Shown here: positions 1 through 9,599 of the stretch, piece by piece
Layout: each line of letters opens with the position of its first letter
How positions within the stretch are numbered: position 1 is the stretch's first letter
NCBI GenBank assembly: GCA_965206595.1
Contig: OZ242214.1
Location: 288,001 to 352,000, forward strand
Reading direction: 5' to 3'
Length of the DNA stretch: 64,000 nucleotides
DNA from: Candidatus Latescibacterota bacterium
GTDB taxonomy: Bacteria > Latescibacterota > UBA2968 > UBA8231
Position numbers and translations under genes: made by a program
The notes under the pieces: generated by a model
Told to the model about the DNA's origin: nothing
The model's database searches: none
Seen by the model: the letters and a program-made list of their open reading frames with translations, nothing else

Positions 1-224
1 TTCATGGTGGTTGCGAAAGGGGTTTCGGGTGCGCTCCAGGATCTCCCGCCGTCATCCGAGCGCCTCAGCTCGACGGTGCCGTCCGCCGAGTCCTTGCTGC
101 TGCCGACGCGGCAGCTGGCCAGCAGCGAACCGTCGGCCAACGGGGTCAGGGCGGGGAAGGTCGAATAGGCCCGCCGAGTGCCGGGCCGGCCGCGGTTGAT
201 GATGCCTCGATCACTGATTTCCAT
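1..224 (-). CDS. Sialidase/BNR (Asp-box) family protein, 5' part, runs off the window
   Basis: Manual translation from ATG at 224: MEISDRGIINRGRPGTRRAYSTFPALTPLADGSLLASCRVGSSKDSADGTVELRRSDDGGRSWS. Contains the Asp-box SxDxGxxW. Not in the ORF track. Confidence 0.75.
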   Translation of the reverse strand, partial: MEISDRGIINRGRPGTRRAYSTFPALTPLADGSLLASCRVGSSKDSADGTVELRRSDDGGRSWSAPETPFATTM

Positions 225-562
225 ATTCGATATCCCGGGTTCCGGCGCTCCTACGAGGCCGGCATGGTTTACATCCGCTGCAGCTGCCTTCCCCCCGGGC
301 AGGCCGTGCCGCCGCGGCAGTGGGGGAATGACTGAATATACCGCCCGCCCAGCTGAGATTGCCGGGATGCCCCTGCACTGACACTCCGTCAGAAAAGTCC
401 ATCTGGCCGCGGCCGGCCCGGACCGTCGACCGCAAAGACTCGGCCTCGCCTGCAGAGCAACTTTTTCAACGGGCTTCCAAGGGAGCGAGCATTGTCTCAG
501 GTTCGTAGCTGGTTCGCAGGCAATGTCCCTGTGGACAGGTTGCAGGGTGCGGTCTTTGTTTC

Positions 563-591
563 TTGACATGAAATTTTCATGTTTTCATCTT
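563..591 (+). promoter_or_regulatory. Putative TA-operon promoter with palindromic operator
   Basis: TTGACA at 563-568 overlaps the inverted repeat ACATGAAA-T-TTTCATGT (566-582), just upstream of the RHH antitoxin. Confidence 0.6.
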
Positions 592-614
592 AATCGCATG
601 TCCACGGTGGTTGA

Positions 615-881
615 ATGATTCAGATTCGCAACGTCCCGGAACTCATGCATCGCCGCCTGAAGGCGCGCGCCGCGATGGAGGGAGTCTCCATGTCACAGTA
701 CGTGATGTGGGCGATCGAGCGGGCGCTGGAGCGGCCGAGCCGGCGGGACCTGCTCGCCGCTATCGGCCGGCAGCCCGAGCTGGCCCTCGAACCATCGCCG
801 GCCGACGTGCTCCGCGCGGAGCGGGACGCCCGCGGCGACGCGAGCGCCAACGACGAGGATCCCGGCGAGCGAGAGCGGTAG
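615..881 (+). CDS. Ribbon-helix-helix antitoxin (FitA/VapB-like)
   Basis: MIQIRNVPELMHRRLKARAAMEGVSMSQYV is a typical RHH antitoxin N-terminus; lies directly upstream of a PIN gene. Confidence 0.8.
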   Translation: MIQIRNVPELMHRRLKARAAMEGVSMSQYVMWAIERALERPSRRDLLAAIGRQPELALEPSPADVLRAERDARGDASANDEDPGERER

Positions 882-887
882 GCACCG

Positions 888-1175
888 TTGCTGGTTCTCG
901 ATGCCTCGGCCGCGGTCGAGTTGTTGCTGAATACGGCGTCGGGAAAGCGCGTCGCGAAGAGGGTGGAAAACCCCGCTGTCAGCATCCACGTACCCCACCT
1001 CATCGACGTGGAGATCGCTCACGTACTCCGGCGCTACGCCCTGCGCGGAACGTTGAGCGCAACACAGGGAGCACTCGCCCTCGACCAGTGGTGCGCCCTC
1101 GACGTCGAGCGGTATTCGCACGAGTTCTTCCTCGGCCGAATCTGGCAGCTGCGCGATAAGCTCGTGGGGGCATAG
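888..1175 (+). pseudogene. vapC: VapC-family PIN toxin, 3'-truncated
   Basis: VLDASAAVELL...PHLIDVEIAHVLRR...RIWQLRD, then the repeat module begins at 1160. The usual YDAxY...LxTxD C-terminal acidic motifs are absent. Confidence 0.8.
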
Positions 1176-1242
1176 TTCAACAGACGGACAAGAGGCTCCG
1201 GCCAATTGCCTTTCCAACCTACCCGATTCCCCCTGCCACAAA

Positions 1243-1395
1243 CTATCCGTCATCGTCGGCAGTTCTCTTTTCCTCTTCGGGGTCTTTCTTCTCGCTGCAC
1301 GGGATGCATATGTGCCTGCCGGGAGTGGGCATATAGAAAAGGTGGTAGGGCCTGATTTCCTGGCCGCACTCACAACAAACAGGCTTGAATACCAT
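1243..1395 (-). CDS. 50-aa Zn-finger/Zn-ribbon protein, copy 1
   Basis: MVFKPVCCECGQ...HICIPCSEK has two CxxC pairs and starts 4 nt after the HTH stop. ORF length is conserved in copy 2. Confidence 0.65.
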   Translation of the reverse strand: MVFKPVCCECGQEIRPYHLFYMPTPGRHICIPCSEKKDPEEEKRTADDDG

Positions 1396-1399
1396 CTTG

Positions 1400-1606
1400 T
1401 TACGACCCAGCTTTGTAGGACAGACGTAAGCCATTTTCCTGGTGATGGATGATGGCTCCCATTAGACAGAGATACCTTTCCGGCATCGTTCGCTTCCCCT
1501 TCTCCCACAGGCATACTTCGGCCTCACTGACTCCAAGGGCTATTCCCAGCTCCCACTGTTTCATGCCCAAGGCGTCTCTGGCCCTTTTCAGTTGATCTTG
1601 AGTCAT
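1400..1606 (-). CDS. XRE/Cro-like helix-turn-helix protein, copy 1
   Basis: LKRARDALGMKQWELGIALGVSEAEVCLWEKGKR fits the HTH_3 pattern. Confidence 0.85.
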   Translation of the reverse strand: MTQDQLKRARDALGMKQWELGIALGVSEAEVCLWEKGKRTMPERYLCLMGAIIHHQENGLRLSYKAGS

Positions 1607-1699
1607 TTTCTGTTCTCCCGTTTTTGGGGGGATAATTGTCGGTGGTCACGGACAGAAAGGCACAGAACCGCCGCTGATCCAGCACGTCGGGAGCGGATG

Positions 1700-1729
1700 T
1701 TGACACTCGACAGACCGCTTTGCTATTAT
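1700..1729 (+). promoter_or_regulatory. Putative sigma70 promoter facing away from the HTH gene
   Basis: TTGACA-N18-TATTAT with TG before the -10. An equivalent promoter sits at the same position in copy 2. Confidence 0.55.
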
Positions 1730-1858
1730 TTCGACCGCGTGGGGGTGTCCGTTGCCGAAGGGGCGGACAGAACAGCGGGGAAAGAGTTATTTACCTGGAA
1801 GGACTACCGCCAATTTCCACAAGGAACTCCCGTGAGAGTTAGATACATTTCCATAATG

Positions 1859-1872
1859 TTATACCAGATTTT
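1859..1872. repeat. TTATACCAGATTTT motif, copy 1 of 3
   Basis: Exact 14-mer also at 7977-7990 and 10237-10250. Confidence 0.85.
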
Positions 1873-2355
1873 TCCCAAAAACGCGGATCTGAGCGGCGAA
1901 CTGGATGGATGGAATGCCTTTTTTCCTACGAGCGCAAAAGGCAGACAGATACCTGTACGGGGACATAGAGGGACCCGAACTTGCTTGGTGGCCGCTGTCC
2001 TTGTCCGGGATGCAGCGTACGAGATCGCCGATGCCATGCGGTACCGGTGTTTGAGAAGGATGAGTACCAGCTATTCTCCTTGCCCTTTTTTCTTGGAGTC
2101 TTGATCAAGACATTTGATCAACCGACTCGCCAGGGAATTGCTCAGAATCTTCAGGAGTGGAGGCTGGCAGATTTGGTCAATGAAGAATCTCTTCCAACAG
2201 GGATTGAGGAATCCGAGGTACGCAGGGTTTTAGAAATTTATCAGCGAATGTTGGAGGAGTTTGACTGATAATGATAAGTCATCTCCATATAAGTTTTGCG
2301 AGGATAAGCAGGAACAAAAGAGAGAGTAATAGCAAATCGTAAGGAAAGGTAGGTC

Positions 2356-3333
2356 ATGTCTGCCCATTGCCCATTTTCGAGATTAGCCCCAATTGATTCC
2401 GATGACGGTTACGAAAATTTCCAGTACCGATTTGATTCACCCAGGACAGGAGGCTTATATCGGACCCGTCAAGGTTTCTATGCATTGTCGAAAAACATCG
2501 AATCATTAGGAAGTGAGGGGAAAGCTCGGCTTGTCACCCTGCTTGTAGACCAGCGTAAATTGGGAGAAATCGAACCTGAGATAGACTTCCAGCTTATCGA
2601 AAGAGCCAGATCCAAAGCCAATTTGTCTCACCCGGAGCGGTCTGTTCGGTTGTTGGAGTTTCTCGTTGAGATGTCAGGACGAGAATTTGGGAGGGAAATA
2701 TAATTCGAAAAACCAAAGGCAATGTCAGATTGGATATCTTCACGTATAGAATCTCCGTTTTTTGGAGATTCGGGTTCGACGGCAAATGAAATCAAGTCTT
2801 TTTCTAAGTATCTGGAAGGTGAGGGATTTATAACCTTTAGACCCGGCGCTGGATGTGTTGTAACAATGAAGGGTTATTCCTATCTGGATAATCAGTCTCG
2901 GAAAACAGATTCAAGGAAAATTTTTGTGGCTATGTGGTTTGATGATTCAATGAATGACGCATATTTCCAAGGATTTGGTCCTGGAATTCAAGAGGTCGGA
3001 TTTGAAGATGTTCGTGTTGACACGAGAATTGACCAAGTCAAACATACCGGGAAAATCGACGATTTGGTAATTGCCGAAATTCGTAGTTCGAGGGCCGTAG
3101 TTGCCGATTTCACACAGAGCGGCTCGGAGGCCCGTGGTTCTGTTTACTATGAAGCTGGCTTTGCACATGGGCTGGGAATTCCAGTAATATTTACCTGTAG
3201 AAAAGATTGCATTGAAGAACTTCACTTCGACACACGACAATACCCCCATATTGTATGGGGAAATCCAGAAGAGTTACGAGAAAGTCTGAAAAACCGAATT
3301 CGTGCTCTTTTGGGAGAAGGAAATGGTCAATAA
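2356..3333 (+). pseudogene. Nucleoside 2-deoxyribosyltransferase-like (TIR/SLOG-related) protein with one in-frame stop
   Basis: ORFs 2356-2703 and 2722-3333 are in the same frame, separated by TAA at 2701-2703. C-terminal FVAMWF...VVADFT...SVYYEAGFAHGLGIPVIFTC...HFDTRQY. Confidence 0.75.
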
Positions 3334-4827
3334 GGTGTAAAGGGATGGTAATTCCCTGACACTTGCCCCCTGCTCGGGGGCGTCTTAAGTAATTGTCATA
3401 GCGCAATTCAGGTGGCGTATGTGTATATTTTACAGTAAGTTGCTTTCTTTTGCCGCATCCCCTGCGGCGCGCTCCCCTGATTTCAGAAAGAAGGGGAGCG
3501 ATGAGTGCGATTCTCTCTCTGGAAGTTTTTCAGGAGCGGCAGAGTCAGGACCGCTTTCGAAGCCGGGCGCATGAAGCCTTGGACCAATGGCTGGATCGGG
3601 TGGAGGCGCAAATGAGCGCGCGCGGATCTTGTGCGCCGACGTTGATGGAGATCACCGCGGCGATGTCTCAAGAGCGCTCCGGGCTCCCCGCGGCCTTGGT
3701 GGAAGCCTTCGTCGAACGCCGCCACGGCCATTTCCTGGCCCAGGAAGAGGCGGCCTGCCCCAAGTGCAAAGGCCTGCTGCGAGCGCGCCCGTCTCGCTCG
3801 CGCACGCAGGAGACGCTGCTCGGGCCGGTGACCTTGGAGCGTCCCTATTTCTACTGCGTTGGCTGTCAGTACGGGTTCTATCCGCTGGACGAAGCTCTCG
3901 GTCTGTCGGCGCAGCGCAAGCAGTGGGACGTGCAGCAGGCCGGGGTCAAGCTGGGGCTGGAGATGCCCCACCGGCGCGCCGCCGAACTGTTGGACGAGCT
4001 CACCGACGCGTCGATGAGCGATTGTGTGATTCACGAGGTGCTGCAACAGACCGGGTCGTTGGACGTGCTGCAGGTGTGTCCGGACGCGGCCGACATCCAG
4101 GATCGCATTGCGCACGCCGCCGCCGGTCGCAAGTGGCGGCCCATCGTGGTGTTGGCCATCGACTAAGGCCGACGTGCCCCGTCGTCCCCAGACCGCCAAA
4201 GGCACCCGTCCCGGACGCAAGAAGAGCCGGTCTCGGCGAAGGCGTTGGCAGGGGGAATACCACGAAGCCAAGGGCTTTCGCTTCTACCTGATAGACGATG
4301 AGCGCATCGAGCAGCTGATCTCCTGGCACCAGATGGGCAACGAACAGGCCTTCGGCGCGGCCTTGCGCCAGGTCAAGGAGGCGGGGCTGATCCCGGAGGA
4401 TCAGGTGCGCTTGTGTGCCATCGGAGATGGCGCTCCGTGGATCTGGAAGGGGGTGGAAGAGCTGTTCCCCGGCGCCCGTCAGATCCTCGACTACTCCCAT
4501 TGCAGCCGCTACCTGCACGCGGTGGCCGAGGCCCAATACGGCGCCGATGCGGCGCGTGCTGCCCATTGGCTGGAAGCGACCTTGGCTTTGCCTGTTCTGC
4601 GGCGAGGGCACCGGCGTGGTCTGGGGGCTGCAGCGCATGCAGCCGCTCTCGGAAGAGGCCGGAGAGGCCATCGGCACGGCCTTGACCTACCTGCAAAAGC
4701 GACTGCACCAAGTCGATTTCGGCAGCCATCGCAAGGGGGGATACCCGATCGGGTCGGGGGCGATCGAATCGGCGCATCGCTTCATCGGCCATGTTCGTCT
4801 GAAACGGTCGGGCGCTTGGTGGTATAA

Positions 4828-6208
4828 CTGGACTTTTGCAAACTCCGCTTTTTTACTAAAGTTTGAGATGTGCGACAATTCGCTGCTCTGTCCACCCTAT
4901 TGAGGCTTGGTCCACTACCCAGGAGATGGTTTTGCTGAGCGTCTCTCGCGACACGGCTCGACAGGCTTCGCCAATGGTCGTCAGCACGGTATGAGCCCAG
5001 TCACGCGCACGGCCCTGCCGCATCCGTGCCATGAGCAGACTGTGCGTCAGCATCACGAGGTACCTATGCCGGGTCTGGCCCTCGCCGCTTTTGTAACTGA
5101 CAGTCTCCCATGCCCAGATGGTGCTTGCCGTCCCGATGAAAAGTCTCGGTGCCCGTCCAGCGTTTGCGATAAACATTCAGAATACGACTGATCTCCCAGT
5201 GCACGCGATTGGTCAGTAGAAACTTGACCGCTTCCCTGCCGTTCTTGCGATCCCACAGGATCACCAGGCGAACCCGGTGCTCGAGCTTGGGCAGACTCAG
5301 GGTTTTGGTGAAATACCATTGTTTGCGCTTGCCGATGCTGACCTGTTTGCGATCCTCGGGCGGGATATTCGCAGCCACTTCCGCGGCCTTCATCAGGCCG
5401 CCCTTGAACTCGACCTTGCGGTTGCTCTTCAGGGCTCCTACGTAGCCGCGCTCATGACTATGGAGGTGATCGAGACACTCGACACTGCTGAAGTAGCAGT
5501 CGAAGGCGAAATCGCCCGGGATCTGTCGGAACACGACCCAGTCCACCAGCTCTTTGAACAGCTCGGTATGGCTCTTGAAGGAGGGGTCCGTCTCCCCTTC
5601 CCGGCCCTTGCGAAAGCGACGGAATTCCAACGGATAGTATTTCCCCGAGGTGCACACGTAGTTGGCGATGACGTAGTCGTGCGCAATCATATGGCGCTTG
5701 TCCGAGTGATCCCAAAACCACCCCACATCCTCGATCTTTTCTCCGCTGTGGCCGACCAAGGTGTTGTCGATGGCGATCACCCCGCGCCCTGAATAGCGCG
5801 TCGAAGGGTGCTCCTGCAACCATTCCAGGCGATGTTCGTTGAGCCATTTTCCGTCCCACCGCACCTGCGTAATCCAGCGGTTCAGGCAGGACTGATCGGT
5901 GGTCTCGACGAACTCGGCGTTGATCGCCGATACATTTTTGCGTTCGGCCACCATCAACCCGGTTAGATACTCGCCAAAGTGACGGCGCTCCGGGGCGTTG
6001 GCGAAGAGGCCGCCGAACTCGGCCACCGCTTCTTCAACCACCGTGGGAAAATCAACAATACCTGGCATGAACAACCTCTCTCATGGCCAGGGGAAACCGA
6101 GGCCGGGGATGCCTTCGTCCTACCAAACATACCAAGTTCCATCGAATTCGTGCTACCCTCTAATCCTTGACCGATTATCCAGGAATTCTGCCTTTTGCAA
6201 AAGTCCAG
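4828..6208 (-). mobile_element. IS701-family insertion sequence
   Basis: 15-bp IR CTGGACTTTTGCAAA / TTTGCAAAAGTCCAG; 6-bp target duplication GTATAA at 4822-4827 and 6209-6214. Confidence 0.85.
4856..6074 (-). pseudogene. IS701-type DDE transposase with a frameshift near 5090
   Basis: YLTGL...VIAIDNT...FAFDCYF...YRKRWTGTETFHRDGKHHLGMGDCQ; the C-terminus continues in ORF 4856-5176. Confidence 0.8.
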
Positions 6209-6520
6209 GTATAAGGAAAACAGCAACGCCATTCTGGCCCTGCGCTGCGCCTTGTACAATGGAACGCTTGACCGGGTCTTTCAGCAGTACCGAGAAAACC
6301 TAAAAACAACCACCGAAACCGTAACAATCAGCTAAGACACCCCTGCTCGGGGTAGTTGTTCTGGCCGCCTATTTCTCCACTGCTTTCTCCGGTCTCGGGG
6401 CTTGTTGTAAACCCTTTTTTGGACGCCTTGCAGGGGGTACATTCCATTCATATGCGCCGCTCTGATGGGCGACGGCAATACCGTAAACCGGTCGATTCCT
6501 AACCTTTGGGAGGCATCTAC

Positions 6521-7060
6521 ATGAAATACATGATCGCTCTTGTTTTCAGTCTGTCCCTTACCGTCAGTGGAGCACATGCAGTAGTAGGTTTACGTGTAGC
6601 CGGCGGTCATGTGCCCCCGCAGGGGACTGATGTTAGATCCATGGCTCTACGAAAAGCAACGGCTGAGGAAGCGAGATTCTGGGACCTGCTTAAACTTTCT
6701 TTTGTGGCACAGGCAAGCCAACAAACCCAACAAAGTCGCCATTACACTTTAGCGGACGGATACACTGCAGGGAAAATAACAGCTGAGGGCATGTCGACTA
6801 CCGGTCCTTTTCTGGGAGGATTTGCCTGCGGATTCCTAACAGGGCTGATTGGCACAGGGATTCTTTGGGGAGTCACTGGTGGGGACGATGTTCCTTTTCA
6901 CCTATATTCCGAAATTCAAGAGAAGGGTTCTGATTTCCCAATGGGATTTGTGAATGGGTACAAAGAGCGCACAAAGCAGAAGAAACGTGGCGCAAGGCTT
7001 GGTGGAGGTTTACTTGGGACCGCTGGATTTTTAGTTCTGTTTCTCTCAGCGACTAATTGA
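6521..7060 (+). CDS. Secreted/membrane hypothetical protein with Gly-rich hydrophobic helices
   Basis: GGAGG RBS, signal peptide MKYMIALVFSLSLTVSGAHA, GGFACGFLTGLIGTGILW segment and a C-terminal hydrophobic helix. Confidence 0.7.
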   Translation: MKYMIALVFSLSLTVSGAHAVVGLRVAGGHVPPQGTDVRSMALRKATAEEARFWDLLKLSFVAQASQQTQQSRHYTLADGYTAGKITAEGMSTTGPFLGGFACGFLTGLIGTGILWGVTGGDDVPFHLYSEIQEKGSDFPMGFVNGYKERTKQKKRGARLGGGLLGTAGFLVLFLSATN

Positions 7061-7199
7061 AATTTTAAACTGTAGATCCCCTTTAAAAATCCATTCCCAA
7101 ACTTGCCAAATTTGTCTACGCTCGTGGGCATAGTTCAATAGACGAACAAGAGGCTCCAGCCCATTGCCTCCCAGCCTGCTCGATCCCCCCTGCCACAAA

Positions 7200-7352
7200 C
7201 TAACCGGCATCGTCGGCCGTTCTCTTTTCCTCTTCGGGGTCTTCCTTCTCGCTGCACGGGATGCATAGGTGCTCGCCGGGGGTGGGCATATAGAACAGGT
7301 TGTACGGCCTGATTTCCTGGCCGCATACACAGCAGACCGGCTTGAAAACCAT
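7200..7352 (-). CDS. 50-aa Zn-finger protein, copy 2
   Basis: Manual translation MVFKPVCCVCGQEIRPYNLFYMPTPGEHLCIPCSEKEDPEEEKRTADDAG*. Confidence 0.65.
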   Translation of the reverse strand: MVFKPVCCVCGQEIRPYNLFYMPTPGEHLCIPCSEKEDPEEEKRTADDAG

Positions 7353-7355
7353 TCT

Positions 7356-7568
7356 TTACGACCCAGCTTTGTAGGACAGGCGTAAGCCATTTTCCTGGTG
7401 ATGGATGATCGCCCCCATTAGACAGAGATACCTTTCCGGCATCGTTCGCTTCCCCTTCTCCCACAGGCACACTTCGGCCTCACTGACTCCAAGGGCGATG
7501 CCCAGCTCCCACTGCTTCATGCCAAGGGCATCTCTCGCCCTTTTCAGTTGATCTTGCGTCATCTTCAT
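7356..7568 (-). CDS. XRE/Cro-like HTH protein, copy 2
   Basis: Protein is identical to copy 1 from MTQDQ onward. Confidence 0.85.
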   Translation of the reverse strand: MKMTQDQLKRARDALGMKQWELGIALGVSEAEVCLWEKGKRTMPERYLCLMGAIIHHQENGLRLSYKAGS

Positions 7569-7662
7569 TCTCCGATATTCGGGGTTGATTGTCGGTGACT
7601 ACCGACAGGAAGGCACAGAACTGCCCTGCACCGGCCCCGAGACAGCCTGACGGGACCGGGTG

Positions 7663-7691
7663 TTGACAGGTATTCGGGCTCCCGTTAGAAT
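7663..7691 (+). promoter_or_regulatory. Putative sigma70 promoter facing away from HTH copy 2
   Basis: TTGACA-N17-TAGAAT. Confidence 0.6.
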
Positions 7692-7976
7692 CGGGATTTG
7701 GAGGGAGAGTTACCGTTTACAGAATTCAGCGAGCCGGTAGCGGTAACTGCGTCGACTCACTACCATGCTGTTGTCTGCAAGAAGGGTCGGTATGGACTCA
7801 GCGTGATATAAGATTAGGGAAACGTAGAAACGACAGAAGAAAAGGCGGTTCCTAGGTCGCCTTTGCCACCGGTGCTGGCGGAGTTGGAAACCGTGATTCG
7901 GATGCAGTCCTTCGGATCGCGGAAGTGCGCCGTGCAGGTCCTGCAGTGAGGGGAATAAATGTTTTTCTCTATTATG

Positions 7977-8030
7977 TTATACCAGATTTTCAGTGAAATC
8001 GCGCTTGGGTAGTTATCGATGCCGTTACCC
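7977..8030. repeat. TTATACCAGATTTT motif, copy 2, with a degenerate element end
   Basis: Followed by GCGCTTGGGTAGTTATCGAT...TTACCC, similar to GCGCTTGCGTAGTTATCTAT...TTCCC at 10282-10310. Confidence 0.7.
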
Positions 8031-8245
8031 TTCTTTTTTCGGCCAAAGGGAATTTGCGTCTGAACAAGCGCCGCAGTATATTGCGATTTTCAGGAGCCAG
8101 GGGAAGGATGGAGATCGGGAAAATGATCCAAAGGTGGAAAGCGGCTCTTGCAGGCCATGACTGTGGAAGAGATGGAGAAAATTGGATACCGAAGGATCCG
8201 GAGTAAATAAAGCAACTAATTACTAAAATTTCGTCGGAGATAGCC

Positions 8246-8977
8246 ATGAGTCAGATCCGTTACTTTTCGAATTACTCCCAAAAGGAGAACATCGTCACCA
8301 ACAACGTTTTGCTGATGATGCGCTGGTTGTACGACTATAACCGCCTGAAATTTGGCAGATTCTTCGCTTACCTTGACGAAGACGCTGACCATGACGACGA
8401 GGAGGCCAGCAATGTCGCAGAACATTTACAACTTCAGTTCCGTCAGCAGCGGAGAACAAAAACAAGCGTGGTGGACGGATTCATCGCACAGGAAAGCATA
8501 AAGATCGTAGTCGAAACCAAGCTTAACGAGGACGACTTTTCACTTGACCAACTTAAGGGTCACCTGTCGGCGTTTGATGGTGAAAGTCACCGGCTGTTGG
8601 TTCTCTTGAGTCCCGGGCCGACCGGTCCATCCGGTGATTTCCTGGAAAAAATCCGGGAAGAAGGCAAGTCCAAAGGGATCAACACATTACACACGACGTT
8701 CGAGAAGGTCATTGCAGCAGCAAAGTGCTGCCTGTCCGATCACGACGAAGACATGCTCGCTGTCGTTGAAGACTTCGCTGTATTTTGCAGTGACAAAGGC
8801 CTTCTGCCTAGAGACAAGTTCAGGATGTTCACACCGCCCTGTGGACAGTCATTCGACGACAATCGCGATTACAGCCTCTACTACTGTCCTGTCTCTTGGA
8901 AACGAAGACCCAGCGAATATCTTGGCATTTATGCAGACAAATCAGTCCAATTGACTTCAATCCCCCTAAACCTGTAG
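8246..8977 (+). pseudogene. PD-(D/E)xK nuclease-like protein, probably 3'-truncated
   Basis: QKENIVTNN...VDGFI...IVVETK is a restriction-endonuclease-like D...ExK core. The ORF ends abruptly where an unrelated fragment starts. Confidence 0.55.
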
Positions 8978-9378
8978 CTCCCGATCCGGATCCTGTAGTT
9001 GAAACTCAGACCAAACCAAGCCCAGATAACCAGGGATTCCAGTACTCCAATGTGACTATGGCTCAGAGAAGCAACCCACTTCTCGGACAGTCAGGTGTGG
9101 GTTACATAGGAGAAATAACGAATAACTCCGGTAAGGATTATTATTTAGCCACTTTCAAGATCAGCTTATATGGAAAAAACGGAGGGCTCATTGCCATCCA
9201 GGAATTTGGCTTATTTGATTTCGCAAACGGAACCACACAGAGCTTCGACACTGGACCCATTTTGAATTCAGCGTTGAAGGATCAAGTCGAATCGTCCAGA
9301 GTAAGGTTTGGTGGAGGTACGGAACAAAAGGAAGCAGAGCAGATGGATAAATTATTAGAGAAATATCTTACAGAGTAA
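8950..9378 (+). pseudogene. FxLYD-like Ig domain protein, 5'-truncated
   Basis: Pro-rich linker followed by YIGEITNNSGKDY...FKISLYGKNGGLI...TQSF; no convincing start codon or signal peptide. Confidence 0.55.
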
Positions 9379-9392
9379 GGAAAAGTGGCTTT

Positions 9393-9564
9393 ATGACCGA
9401 TCAGACACCTGACTCGAACGACGATAAGGGGAAGATGGGCCGCCCTGAGTGGTTCCTGAAGATCGACTGCACCCCGGAGAGCTGGCCCAGACCATCTTTC
9501 CAACGCCAAGCCGCCAGACCCGTCACGCCGCATCCATAACGTGGACAAGGACAAAGATAAATGA
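9393..9564 (+). pseudogene. Small frameshifted ORF remnant
   Basis: MTDQTPDSNDDKGKMGRPEWFLKIDCTPE/LAQTIF/NAKPPDPSRRIH reads across small indels. It resembles short ORFs I recall downstream of IS1595 transposases (unverified). Confidence 0.3.
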
Positions 9565-9599
9565 GACCACTGCTGGCTTTACTTCTTGGAGAAGGCTGA

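Larger units (their letters stand above)
1160..1677. repeat. Repeated module, copy 1 (terminus + Zn-finger ORF + HTH ORF)
   Basis: Aligns with 7120-7629, starting sharply at GCTCGTGGG(GG)CATAGTTCAA. Confidence 0.9.
3501..6335 (+). pseudogene. ISKra4/UPF0236 transposase, frameshifted and split
   Basis: CPKC...TLLGPVTLERPYFYCxxC, IGDGAPWIW, ILDYSH and GYPIGSGAIESA...RLKRSGAWWY; resumes after the IS701 as KENSNAILALRCALYNG. Frameshifts near 4165 and 4585. Confidence 0.85.
3378..6342 (+). mobile_element. ISKra4-family (Mutator-like) insertion sequence, interrupted by IS701
   Basis: Terminal IRs GGGCGTCTTAAGTAATTGT / rc GGGTGTCTTAGCTGATTGT. Flanking direct repeat CTGCTCGG at 3370-3377 and 6343-6350; the exact boundary is ambiguous by 1-2 nt because of G/C runs. 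Confidence 0.85.
7120..7629. repeat. Repeated module, copy 2
   Basis: Diverged direct repeat of 1160-1677. Confidence 0.9.

Noticed and set aside
460-477. ACTTTTTCAACGGGCT resembling an IS or REP end
   Set aside because: Single short match with no partner repeat or transposase.
1592-2268. ORFs 1592-2104 and 1981-2268
   Set aside because: No motifs or clear RBS, and the first crosses promoter and motif sites. The second may be a gene tail but cannot be supported.
2701-2703. Stop-codon recoding of TAA
   Set aside because: TAA ends ordinary genes in this window; a nonsense mutation or base error is simpler.
7960-7990. TTATGTTATA as a XerD arm of a dif-like site
   Set aside because: No XerC-like arm at the right spacing, and the other motif copies do not keep it.
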